This document shows, piece after piece, positions 48,424-58,923 of a stretch of 64,000 nt of DNA. The stretch spans positions 32,001-96,000 of the forward strand of contig CAVPRW010000041.1 of assembly GCA_963707985.1 (NCBI GenBank), given 5' to 3'. A model generated the notes under the pieces. The model was given only the letters and a program-made list of their open reading frames with translations. It had not been told where the DNA came from and did not search any database. This DNA is from an uncultured Nitrospinota bacterium (GTDB taxonomy: Bacteria > Tectomicrobia > Entotheonellia > J063 > CAVPRW01). Position 1 is the first letter of the stretch. Every line of letters begins with the position of its first letter. A program made the position numbers and the translations under genes.

Positions 48424-51400
48424 ATGCCCATAATGACATCCTCTCATGAGTATTGGAGCCAGATTTCGACTCTTACCCAGCGACTATCTGATGGCGATGA
48501 AGTAATCACCCTCGGCCATCTAGCCGGGGCTAGCAAAGCTCTCTTCTTGGCCAGCGTATGCCACCAACTCCGGCGACCGCTGTTAGTAGTCACCTCAACA
48601 GCCACTGAAGCTGAATCACTTGCGCATGATCTGCGATTCTTCACCAGCTCAGCTGAACTTTCGCCGAGGATTGTTCTGCTCCCCGCCGAGGAGCATGCAC
48701 CATACGAACCCGCATCCGAGACTTCTGACCTCACCTCACAGCGTCTGATCGCCCTACGGTCCATGCTGCAAGCAGCCATGCAGATCATTGTCACGACCCC
48801 CCACGCCATTGTTCCCTATGTGATGTCCCGTGTGCTACTTCAACAGGCGGGTCTTGAGCTGGCGCCGGGTCTGACGCTGGATCGGCAGGAGTGCCTCGAA
48901 CGCCTGCTACGATGTGGCTATCACCAAGTCGATCTGGTTGAAGAATGGGGAGATTTCGCTGTCCGTGGGGGGATTGTCGATCTCTTTCCACCGCACTTGC
49001 CACGCCCCATCCGCCTAGAGTTCATAGGGGATGAGATTGAATCGCTTCGGGAGTTCGATCCGGCTACACAGCGGTCCTTGAGAGCCGTCGAGCAGGTAAC
49101 GGTTGTACCTCTTCGCGAGTTTATCAAGGCGCTCCCGCCCTGGAATGAGATTGAGGCCCGGGCCTCAGCGGCAAACCTCGACCTCGCGAGACTCCAGGAG
49201 GTGGTGTCCTGTCTTGAGCAATATATTTTCCCTCCAGGTGTGGAACGCCTGCTCCCGGTTTTCAGTGATGCCTTAGAACCGCTGTTTAATTATCTGCCCC
49301 CCGATGCTGTGCTCGTACTCGACGAGCCGGCAGTGATCAATACCAAGCTAGAAGAATTTAACACCGCCGTCGAAGAAGGCTACCAACAAGCCCTCCTGCG
49401 GAAAGATCTCGTCGCACCTCCCATGGCGCGGTACCTGGCGCCATCTTTTGTCGCCGAATGCTTCCAGGCATGCCAACGCATAATCCTGCAGTCGCTGGCG
49501 GAAAGTCTGTGTGAGAATCAGACCACCGAGCTCTTCACGGGTCATGTACTGGGATCATATCAGGGCCGCTGGGACACCCTCGTTCAACTGATGGCCACGC
49601 GTCTACAGGAGGGTTATACGGTCCTCATTACTGCAGCAAGTCTCACGCAGGCCCACCATATCCAAGATCTGCTCCGGGAGGGCGAGCTCGCTGCCGAGGT
49701 TCTGAGCACTCCACCCGCCCTCCTCGTCGCTATGGCCCAGGCATCACAGCCACCTTCTGCCCCAATCCATGCCACGCGAGCGGGCATCTCGAACACAGCT
49801 CCATCCGTCTCGGGTCTGCTTATTTGCGTCGGTAGTCTCTCAACTGGCTTTGTGTTACCCACGGCGCACCTGATGTGTGTGGATGCAGGAGAAATGTGGG
49901 GAACACGACGATCGCGCGACCGCCGCCCGCCCCCCTCGGCCCGGGCACGTCTGTTCAATTACCGCGATCTGAATCCTGGGGACCACATCGTCCACCTCGA
50001 CTATGGCATCGGCGTGTACCGGGGGACCACGATCCTGAAAGTGGGTGCCGAAGAGAGCGAGTTTCTCAGCTTGGAGTTCGCCGATCACGACAAAGTCTAT
50101 GTGCCGATCGATGCCCTTCACCTGGTGCAGAAATACCTTGGAGCTGGTGGTGAGGTCCCGGTGCTCAGCAAGCTCGGCAGTGGCACATGGAGTCGGACCA
50201 AGCGTCGCGTGAAGTCGGCCATCCGCGAGATCGCACAGGAACTACTGAGGCTGTATGCGGCGCGCGAGGTGAAGCCAGGGTTTGCGTTTTCGCCTGATAC
50301 GTCCTGGCATAAAGAGTTCGTCGAGGCCTTTGAGTTTGAGGAAACTGAGGATCAGCGACGCGCGATCGAAGACGTCAAAGGTGACATGGAAAAACCGCAT
50401 CCCATGGACCGCCTAGTTTGCGGGGATGTTGGCTATGGCAAAACCGAGGTGGCATTGCGTGCTGCCTTCAAAGCCCTGACGGATGGGAAACAAGTGGCTA
50501 TCCTAGTGCCGACGACGATTCTGGCGTTGCAGCATTGGCACACATTCTCTCGACGTTTAGCCTCCTATCCGATCACCGTCGAGATGCTCAGCCGATTCCG
50601 CTCTCCGATTGAGCAAAAAAAAGTTGTCAAAGGCCTGCGTACGGGCACTGTAGATCTTGTTATCGCTACCCATCGACTATTGCAGAAGGACGTGGACTTC
50701 CAGAATCTTGGATTGCTGATCATCGATGAAGAGCACCGCTTCGGCGTCACCCATAAGGAGCGCATCAAACAACGCTATACACAGGTCGATGTTCTGACGC
50801 TCACAGCCACACCCATCCCGCGCACCTTGCATCTCTCCATGGTGGGTGTCCGCGACATGAGTGTGATCGAAACCCCACCCCCCAATCGTCTTGCCGTGCG
50901 TACCTATGTGCTTAAATTCGGGGATGCGGTGATCCAGGAGGCCATTACCCGTGAACTCGAGCGTGGCGGCCAGGCGTTTTTCGTCCATAATCGGGTGGAA
51001 AGCATTGGTGCCATGTATCGCTACCTCCACCGTCTCGTCCCTCAGGCACGCATTGCCGTGGGCCATGGCCAACTGCCCGAGCAGCAATTAGAGCGGGTGA
51101 TGGTGCGCTTTATCAATCGCGAAGTCGACGTCCTCCTCTGTACGACCATCATTGAATCGGGGTTAGACATTCCAGCGGCCAATACAATTATCGTCAATCG
51201 GGCCGATCAATTCGGCCTGGCCCAGCTCTATCAACTGCGCGGACGTGTAGGCCGGGACCAGGATCAGGCCTATGCCTATCTGTTGATTCCAGGAGAGAAA
51301 ACACTCACAGGGCTACCGTGGGAACGGCTTAAGGCCATGCTGGAGTTCGCCGATCTTGGCGCGGGATTACGCTTGGCCATGCGCGATTTGGAGATTCGGG

Positions 51401-51957
51401 GAGCCGGCAATATCCTCGGCGTCCAGCAATCTGGGCATATCGGCGCTGTCGGCTTCGATCTCTATTGTAAACTCATGGAAGAGACCATTCGCGAGCTCAA
51501 AGGCGAGCACGTCGAGGAAGAGAAAGAACTACAAGTCGTGCTCAAAATCGGCGGCTTCCTCCCCAAAGACTATATCCCCAACACCGCTCAGCGACTCGAT
51601 CTGTACCAACGCTTATACGCTGTCGACGATGAAGCCATGCTAGCAGAGGTGCAGGCCGAGATGATCGATCGGTTTGGGGCCTTGCCGGAGGCGGTGGAAA
51701 AGCTACTCCGCCTGGTTGAGCTAAGGACTCTCGCACGTCAGCTGCGATTATCGAAGATTGAGCGCCGACAACAGACGGTGACCTTTTTGTTCGATCCCAT
51801 CACCCCAGTCCCCCCCGAAAAGATCGTCGCGCTGCTGCATGAACATCGGCGGACGATTCGCTTCATCCCCGAGCACACCCTCGAACTGAGACTCACGCAG
51901 GACGCCTGGGACGCTGTGTGTAACGCCGTCAAAAAAGTCTTGCAGCAGTTGCTGTAG
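48424..51957 (+). CDS. mfd: Transcription-repair coupling factor
   Basis: CGDVGYGKT, IDEEHRFG, TATPIPRTL, QLRGRVGR, RDLEIRGAG. Confidence 0.97.
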   Translation: MPIMTSSHEYWSQISTLTQRLSDGDEVITLGHLAGASKALFLASVCHQLRRPLLVVTSTATEAESLAHDLRFFTSSAELSPRIVLLPAEEHAPYEPASETSDLTSQRLIALRSMLQAAMQIIVTTPHAIVPYVMSRVLLQQAGLELAPGLTLDRQECLERLLRCGYHQVDLVEEWGDFAVRGGIVDLFPPHLPRPIRLEFIGDEIESLREFDPATQRSLRAVEQVTVVPLREFIKALPPWNEIEARASAANLDLARLQEVVSCLEQYIFPPGVERLLPVFSDALEPLFNYLPPDAVLVLDEPAVINTKLEEFNTAVEEGYQQALLRKDLVAPPMARYLAPSFVAECFQACQRIILQSLAESLCENQTTELFTGHVLGSYQGRWDTLVQLMATRLQEGYTVLITAASLTQAHHIQDLLREGELAAEVLSTPPALLVAMAQASQPPSAPIHATRAGISNTAPSVSGLLICVGSLSTGFVLPTAHLMCVDAGEMWGTRRSRDRRPPPSARARLFNYRDLNPGDHIVHLDYGIGVYRGTTILKVGAEESEFLSLEFADHDKVYVPIDALHLVQKYLGAGGEVPVLSKLGSGTWSRTKRRVKSAIREIAQELLRLYAAREVKPGFAFSPDTSWHKEFVEAFEFEETEDQRRAIEDVKGDMEKPHPMDRLVCGDVGYGKTEVALRAAFKALTDGKQVAILVPTTILALQHWHTFSRRLASYPITVEMLSRFRSPIEQKKVVKGLRTGTVDLVIATHRLLQKDVDFQNLGLLIIDEEHRFGVTHKERIKQRYTQVDVLTLTATPIPRTLHLSMVGVRDMSVIETPPPNRLAVRTYVLKFGDAVIQEAITRELERGGQAFFVHNRVESIGAMYRYLHRLVPQARIAVGHGQLPEQQLERVMVRFINREVDVLLCTTIIESGLDIPAANTIIVNRADQFGLAQLYQLRGRVGRDQDQAYAYLLIPGEKTLTGLPWERLKAMLEFADLGAGLRLAMRDLEIRGAGNILGVQQSGHIGAVGFDLYCKLMEETIRELKGEHVEEEKELQVVLKIGGFLPKDYIPNTAQRLDLYQRLYAVDDEAMLAEVQAEMIDRFGALPEAVEKLLRLVELRTLARQLRLSKIERRQQTVTFLFDPITPVPPEKIVALLHEHRRTIRFIPEHTLELRLTQDAWDAVCNAVKKVLQQLL

Positions 51958-52117
51958 AGTGATACGATTCTGCCCATATTTACGACGATAGGGTCCTCAG
52001 CGCGTACTGCGAATCGTTTGCCCTACACATACCCAGTTCCCTCCTACCGTTCTACGATCGAGACAGAAGGCAACCGGAGCATATCGGGTCCTAGGCGGCT
52101 GTCATGCTCGGGGAAGG

Positions 52118-53467
52118 ATGAGAATCATGGTTGATCGACTCAAGAGCATCTTCGGCAATTGGCGGTTGCTGATTCCCATCCTGTTTCTGGCCGTTGGGGT
52201 CGTGATCGGGGCGAAGTATGGTGTCGAGTATTGGATTTACACCATGACCCACGTCTACACTGATGACGCCCGGGTAAAAGGGACGATGGTGTCCTTGAGT
52301 CCCGAAGTCTCCGGACTCGTACGTAAGGTCCACATCGATGAGGGGAACGAAGTCAAGAGGGGAATGGTACTGGTCGAGATCGATCAAGCTGACTACCTAA
52401 CGCAGTTGGCCCAAGCCGAGGCCGCGTACGAAGCTGTGCAGACACAGTTATTGGAAGCACAACGCGATCTTGATCTGCAGATTCAACGCCAGGGTAGCGA
52501 GCTCGCACGTGCCAAGGCGCTCGTGGATGCAAAAAAGAGCAAGCTCAGCGAGGCGGAAACCGACCTCGCCATGGAACGTGACAAGAGCAAGAATGGCATC
52601 CTCGAGGCCGAAGCCTCGTACAAAGCGGCGTTGTCTCGTCTCAAGGAGATGGAGCATGGCCTCAAGGCGGCGGAAAGTGACCTCGACCGCGCCAAGAGAT
52701 TGTTTGCCGAAGGCATTATCGCCACCGAAAGACGCGATCAGACACAGGTTGCCTTCGATCAGTCTGGCGCACGGTACGTGTCTGCCCGCGAAGGAGTGGA
52801 GCAAGCTAAGGCACGCCACGCCGCCAGCATCGCGTCGGAGAAGATGGTTGAGCTGCAGTCACGCCGCGTCACCACATTGCGCGCGGAGGTGAAAGAGACC
52901 GAAGCAGCCTATCAGCTCGCTCTAACCAACGCTGGGATTGAAGATCTCAAACGTGAACGGATCAAGCTGCTCGATGCCAAGCTAAAAGAGGAAGAGGCGA
53001 AAGTTGCCGCTGCCCGGTTACGCCTGGAGAACACGGTCATCCATAGTCCGATTGACGGGGTGGTCAGTCGTAAGCGTGTCGAGCATGGGGAGATGGTCCA
53101 GCGCGGTCAACCGATTCTTGTGGTGAACGACCCTCGAGATGTGTGGGTACTCACCAATGTGAAGGAGACCTATATTCGCGACGTACATGTTGGTAGCCCT
53201 GTCGATGTTTGGGTAGATGCGTACCCGAGCCGTATCTTCCGAGGTATCGTCGAGAGCGTTGGGGCCGCCGCCATCTCGGAATTTGCCCTCTTCCCCCCCA
53301 CCGGGAATTTTACCAAAGTCGAGCAGCGTATCCCCGTTCGCATTACTGTCGATAGCGTCGATGGACTCCTCAAACCCGGTATGATGGTTATTGTCGGGAT
53401 CGAAATCCCGCGTGGAGGCAAGGAAGGGCGTGAAACTACGACGAAAGCTTCAAGCTCGGTCAATTAA
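52118..53467 (+). CDS. HlyD/EmrA family membrane fusion protein
   Basis: TDDARV, long coiled coil, SPIDGVV, GNFTKVEQRIPVRI. Confidence 0.9.
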   Translation: MRIMVDRLKSIFGNWRLLIPILFLAVGVVIGAKYGVEYWIYTMTHVYTDDARVKGTMVSLSPEVSGLVRKVHIDEGNEVKRGMVLVEIDQADYLTQLAQAEAAYEAVQTQLLEAQRDLDLQIQRQGSELARAKALVDAKKSKLSEAETDLAMERDKSKNGILEAEASYKAALSRLKEMEHGLKAAESDLDRAKRLFAEGIIATERRDQTQVAFDQSGARYVSAREGVEQAKARHAASIASEKMVELQSRRVTTLRAEVKETEAAYQLALTNAGIEDLKRERIKLLDAKLKEEEAKVAAARLRLENTVIHSPIDGVVSRKRVEHGEMVQRGQPILVVNDPRDVWVLTNVKETYIRDVHVGSPVDVWVDAYPSRIFRGIVESVGAAAISEFALFPPTGNFTKVEQRIPVRITVDSVDGLLKPGMMVIVGIEIPRGGKEGRETTTKASSSVN

Positions 53468-54461
53468 CGCGCCCTGGCGCCGTCTGCTCGTCATCGCCTT
53501 CACGGCCTTCTACTTCGGCTGGTGGGATAGCGGACCCGCACACGCATTGATGATCGATCGCATCGTCGCACGGGTAAATGATGACGTCATTACGCTGAGT
53601 GAGCTGCAGGAGGAAGGACTGCCGCTGTTTGAACGTCTGCGTGCGAATTACACTGGTAAGGAACTTGAATCCCACGTCCAGCGTGCCGAACGTGAGTTCC
53701 TCGATCAACTGATCCTCAGACGTTTGCAGCTACAATATGCTAACCAAATCGGTATCAGTGCCTCGGAAAACGACATCAATGCCGCTCTCAAAGATGTGCT
53801 CACTCGCAACAATCTGACCCAAGAGCAGCTATCGGATCTCCTGACTCGCGAGGGACTGACGCTCCAGGACTACAAAGACCGTTTACGCGAGCAGATTATC
53901 CTGGCGCGGTTGATGAATCAGGCCGTGCGCTCCCGTGTCTCGGTTGATGCCAGTGAAGTGGACGCCTACTTCAAGGCCCATCAAGACGAATTTAACCACC
54001 CCGCGCAAGCCAGGGTCCGCCACATCTTTTTCCGGATGGATCCAGGCTTGCCACCATCGCAGCTGGAGGCTGTGCGTGAACGTGCTTCCCGGGTGCTCCA
54101 AGAAGCTCGAAATGGGGGTGATTTTGCCAATCTGGCGCAACGCTACTCCGAGGATGCAACTGCCGCGAACGGTGGCGATTTGGGCGTCATCAGACGCGGA
54201 GAGGCGCTGCCGGAGTTTGAAGAGGTGATCTTCACCATGCGGGAGGGGGACATCAGCGAGGTGATCCGCACGCCTAACGGCCTGCACATCGTCAAGATCG
54301 AAGCCTTCAGCAAAGGGTCTGAACAGCCGTTCCCGGAAATCAAAGCTGAGATCGAGCGCCGTTTGCTCCAGGGGAAAATGGAGCAACGTTTCCAAGACTG
54401 GACAAATGAACTGAAGGATCGAGCCTTCATCGAGATCACCCTGCATGAGGCTATGCCGTAG
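53430..54461 (+). CDS. surA: SurA-like peptidyl-prolyl isomerase
   Basis: DRIVARVNDDVIT, FANLAQRYSED...GGDLG parvulin domain; start uncertain. Confidence 0.85.
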   Translation: MKLRRKLQARSINAPWRRLLVIAFTAFYFGWWDSGPAHALMIDRIVARVNDDVITLSELQEEGLPLFERLRANYTGKELESHVQRAEREFLDQLILRRLQLQYANQIGISASENDINAALKDVLTRNNLTQEQLSDLLTREGLTLQDYKDRLREQIILARLMNQAVRSRVSVDASEVDAYFKAHQDEFNHPAQARVRHIFFRMDPGLPPSQLEAVRERASRVLQEARNGGDFANLAQRYSEDATAANGGDLGVIRRGEALPEFEEVIFTMREGDISEVIRTPNGLHIVKIEAFSKGSEQPFPEIKAEIERRLLQGKMEQRFQDWTNELKDRAFIEITLHEAMP

Positions 54462-54496
54462 GCTAGATACCGTGTGTTGCGGCGTGTATATCATTC

Positions 54497-54525
54497 TTGA
54501 CAGGACTCATGGAAGCGGTTATGAT
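54497..54525 (+). promoter_or_regulatory. sigma70 promoter of pyr operon
   Basis: TTGACA-N17-TATGAT. Confidence 0.75.
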
Positions 54526-54541
54526 AGCCTCAATTGTACTA

Positions 54542-54570
54542 CCTTTAAATAGTCCTGAGAGACTAGAAGG
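54542..54570 (+). ncRNA. PyrR-binding RNA element
   Basis: CCTTTAAATAGTCCTGAGAGACTAGAAGG matches the CUUUAA / ARUCCNGNGAG consensus; upstream of pyrR. Confidence 0.85.
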
Positions 54571-54615
54571 ATACGTGGGTGGCGAATCTCTGTATGTTGT
54601 CGATGGCATCGTTGG

Positions 54616-54647
54616 CCTCCTTACCGTGGGTAAGGAGGTTTTTTTTT
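54616..54647 (+). terminator. Attenuator intrinsic terminator
   Basis: Perfect stem CCTCCTTACC/GGTAAGGAGG, loop GTG, followed by T9. Confidence 0.9.
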
Positions 54648-54649
54648 GA

Positions 54650-55240
<591 letters not shown>

Positions 55241-55270
55241 CCCTACTCGGACGCGAGGAGGGAGATCTGC

Positions 55271-56197
55271 ATGACCTTAACACGCAAGGATATCCTCGGC
55301 ACCCAGGAGATGAATGCCGAGGAGATTGCCTATCTTCTCGATGCCACCGAATCGTTCCTCGAGGTGTCCACGCGCGAAGTCAAAAAAGTTCCGACGCTGC
55401 GAGGCAAGACGATCATCAACCTCTTCTACGAGCCGAGCACACGCACACGGACGTCCTTTGAGATTGCTGGCAAGCGACTCAGTGCTGATGTCATCAATAT
55501 CTCCCACAGCAGCAGCAGCGCAGCCAAGGGGGAAAGTCTGAAGGACACGGCGCTGACGCTGGCAGCTATGGCCGCGGATGTCATCGTCCTTCGTCACCCA
55601 GCCTCCGGGGCGGCACACTTCCTGGCCCGCCAGGTTCCAAGTGCGGTGATCAACGGTGGCGATGGGACGCATGAGCACCCGACCCAGGCTCTTCTCGATC
55701 TATTCACGATCCGGCAACGCAAAGGCACGTTAACAGGGTTGCGCGTTAGTATCATCGGCGATATCGCCCACAGCCGCGTGGCGCGCTCGAACATCTTCGC
55801 CATGCGTGCGATGGGCATGGAAGTGCGCGTCTGCGGCCCTGCCAGCCTCTTGCCAGTACAGGTGGAGTCGCTGGGCGTGCATGCTTTCACGGACCTTAAT
55901 GCCGCCATATCTGATGCTGATATCATCATGGTCCTGCGCCTACAACTGGAGCGGCAGGAGACGGGGTTGATCCCCTCGCTGCGCGAGTATTCGCAGCTCT
56001 ATGGGCTCAATCTCACACGTCTGGATCAGGCCAAGCCCGATGTGCTCATTATGCACCCCGGCCCCATTAATCGCGGTGTCGAGATCGCTCCGGAGGTAGC
56101 GGAAGGTCCCTACTCGCTGATTCTCGATCAGGTTGCCAACGGCGTCGCCCTCCGGATGGCCCTGTTGTACCTCCTGACCGGAGGGCCTGGCCTGTGA
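55271..56197 (+). CDS. pyrB: Aspartate carbamoyltransferase
   Basis: [19 protein letters not shown]. Confidence 0.97.
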   Translation: MTLTRKDILGTQEMNAEEIAYLLDATESFLEVSTREVKKVPTLRGKTIINLFYEPSTRTRTSFEIAGKRLSADVINISHSSSSAAKGESLKDTALTLAAMAADVIVLRHPASGAAHFLARQVPSAVINGGDGTHEHPTQALLDLFTIRQRKGTLTGLRVSIIGDIAHSRVARSNIFAMRAMGMEVRVCGPASLLPVQVESLGVHAFTDLNAAISDADIIMVLRLQLERQETGLIPSLREYSQLYGLNLTRLDQAKPDVLIMHPGPINRGVEIAPEVAEGPYSLILDQVANGVALRMALLYLLTGGPGL

Positions 56198-56261
56198 GAG
56201 GCTCCATGCCCATAGCCATGTTGTTTCCACTAGGGAGTCGAGGTGAGGGAGGGCTGCAGGC

Positions 56262-57668
56262 ATGAGCATTTTGATTCGTGGGGGACGCCTTCTCGATTCT
56301 AGCGCATCTCTCGACGGCGTAATGGATTTCCTCATCGACGCCGGAAAAATCGTCTCAGTCGGTAAGGATGCTATGGAGACGGGCCGGACACGAGAGGGTT
56401 CGATGTTCGATACTCCGCTGGAAGTGATCGATGCGCGTGGCTTGCTGGTGGTACCCGGCTTGATCGACATTCATACCCATCTGCGCGAACCCGGATATGA
56501 ATACAAGGAGAGTATTGAGAGCGGTTCTGCAGCTGCCGTGGCTGGTGGCTTCACTGCTATTGCCTGTATGGCCAACACCAATCCGGTCAATGACGATGCG
56601 GCGGTTACTGAGTATATTCTCGATAAAGCGCGGGCTGTCGGTTTGGTGCAGGTGTTTCCGATCGGCGCAGTCTCTGTAGGGCTGGCGGGGAAGCGTCTGG
56701 CGGAAATCGGCGAGCTGAGCCAGGCGGGAGTGGTCGGCATCTCCGACGATGGAAAATCGGTGATGAATAGCCAGTTGATGCGCCGTGCCCTGGAATATGC
56801 GGGCATGTTCGGACTCCCGGTGATTGCACATTGTGAGGATACCCAACTCGCAGCGCATGGGGTGATGCATGAGGGTCGGGTGTCAACGGAACTCGGTTTG
56901 CGAGGCATCCCTGCACAGGCCGAGGATATCATGGTGGCTCGCGATATCGCCTTGGCTGAGCTCACCGGAGGACGCTTGCATATCGCCCATGTGAGCACGG
57001 TCGGGGCAGCTCGCTTAGTCCATGATGCTAAGGCCAGAGGGCTACGCGTCACGGCCGAGGTCACGCCGCATCATCTGTTCCTGACTGATGAGGCAGTGCG
57101 GGGCTATGATCCGAATACCAAGATGTACCCACCATTGCGTGCTGCAGCCGATGTCGAGGCCCTGCGGCAGGGGCTTAAGGACGGCACCATCGATGCCATT
57201 GCCACCGATCATGCACCGCATGACCTCGCCGACAAGGAAGTCGAATTCGACCAGGCACCTGTCGGCATCATCGGCTTGGAAACCTCTCTGCCGTTGGTGT
57301 TACGACTCGTCAACGAAGGCGTCCTGACTCTCGCCGAGGCCATCGGCAAGCTTACCTGGGGGCCGTCCCAGATCTTAGGGCTAGCCAAAGGCACCCTACA
57401 AGTGGGGGCCGATGCGGATGTGACGCTGATTGACACACAAACCGAATACGTCGTCGATCGTCGGGAATTTCGCTCGAAATCACGGAACTCACCATTTCAC
57501 GGCTGGACTCTAAAGGGCCGGGCGGTGATGACGCTCTGCGCTGGAAAAGTCGTATACTCGCGCCTACCTGAGCGGACTACTTCTATGTCTGCACCCGCAG
57601 GGGAACGCCGCACACGGGGGCGCAGGGGTCGGGAATCATCGGGCCCGTTGGGGAAGGAGCGTCCATGA
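56262..57668 (+). CDS. pyrC: Dihydroorotase
   Basis: DIHTHLREPG, KMYPPLR, ATDHAPH, SKSRNSPF. Confidence 0.95.
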   Translation: MSILIRGGRLLDSSASLDGVMDFLIDAGKIVSVGKDAMETGRTREGSMFDTPLEVIDARGLLVVPGLIDIHTHLREPGYEYKESIESGSAAAVAGGFTAIACMANTNPVNDDAAVTEYILDKARAVGLVQVFPIGAVSVGLAGKRLAEIGELSQAGVVGISDDGKSVMNSQLMRRALEYAGMFGLPVIAHCEDTQLAAHGVMHEGRVSTELGLRGIPAQAEDIMVARDIALAELTGGRLHIAHVSTVGAARLVHDAKARGLRVTAEVTPHHLFLTDEAVRGYDPNTKMYPPLRAAADVEALRQGLKDGTIDAIATDHAPHDLADKEVEFDQAPVGIIGLETSLPLVLRLVNEGVLTLAEAIGKLTWGPSQILGLAKGTLQVGADADVTLIDTQTEYVVDRREFRSKSRNSPFHGWTLKGRAVMTLCAGKVVYSRLPERTTSMSAPAGERRTRGRRGRESSGPLGKERP

Positions 57669-58842
57669 AGCAGGCTCTATTAGCCCTTGAAGACGGTACT
57701 GTGTTCTGGGGCAAACCCTTCGGAACATGCGGCGAGACCTTTGGCGAGGTGGTTTTTAACACCAACTTGACGGGCTACCAGGAAGTGCTGACCGATCCGT
57801 CTTACAAAGGTCAAATCGTCGCCATGACCTATCCTTTGATCGGGAATTATGGCATCAACGAGGCTGACCTTGAATCGGTGCAGCCTCAGGTCGAAGGGTT
57901 CATTGTCAAAGAAGGGAGCAAACGTGCCAGTAATTGGCGTGCGCAGTATGGCCTGGAGGAATGGCTCCAGGAGCATGGTGTTGTCGGCATTCAAGGCCTT
58001 GACACCAGGGCGCTCACACGCCATCTACGGACGCGTGGGACGATGCGTGGAGCGATTTCGACCACTGATCTCGATTCTGACAGCTTGATCGCCCGGGTGC
58101 AAGCGTTTCCAGGATTGATCGGACGCGACCTGGTCTGCGAGGTGACCTGCGACAAACGGTACGCCTGGACCGATGGCGAATGGAGCTGGCCGATGGGTTA
58201 CGCCAAGGACATTACCGACCCCGGGGAGCGATTTCGTGTCGTGGCCTATGACTTCGGCATCAAACGCAACATCCTCCGCAAGCTGGTCAGCAGCTGGCTG
58301 CAGCGTCACCGTCGTCCCTGCCGACACCACGGCGTCAGAGGTATTGCAGCTGAATCCTGATGGCATCTTTCTCTCCAATGGCCCCGGAGACCCTGCAGGG
58401 ATACCGTATGCCATTGAGGCGGTGCGACAACTCATCGGCGTCAAGCCGATCTTCGGTATCTGTCTCGGACATCAGATTCTGGGGTTGGCTCTTGGGGGGT
58501 CAGACCTACAAGCTCAAGTTCGGACATCGCGGTGGCAATCAGCCGGTCATGCATTTAGCGACGCACCAGGTCGAAATTACTGCGCAGAACCACGGTTTCG
58601 CCGTCGATGCTGACAGCCTGCCGGCGGAGATCGAGGTGACGCACCTGAATCTGAACGACCGCACCGTTGAAGGCCTGCGCCACCGTGAGCTGCCCGTCTT
58701 CTCCGTCCAATATCACCCTGAGGCTTCGCCAGGGCCGCATGACTCCTGGTATCTGTTTGAACGCTTCAGAGTCATACTAGGCGAGCATGGATCGCGTCGC
58801 AAAGGGGTGCAACAGGATCGAAGTCTTCTCGCCCGTCCATAG
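57665..58842 (+). CDS. carA: Carbamoyl-phosphate synthase small subunit (two +1 frameshifts)
   Basis: [20 protein letters not shown] / SNGPGDP, GICLGHQ / QNHGF, QYHPE spread over three frames; shifts near 58289 and in the G6 run 58494-58499. Confidence 0.92.
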
Positions 58843-58923
58843 CTGAGGACCGTGTGTGCACTGCTTCTACGGGACATAAACGCCATAGGTCGACGGCAGA
58901 CGTAGGGAAAAGGAATCGGTTGT

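Noticed and set aside
57665..58842. carA as a true pseudogene or programmed frameshift
   Set aside because: All catalytic motifs are intact in a complete pyr operon; indels match the window-wide error pattern
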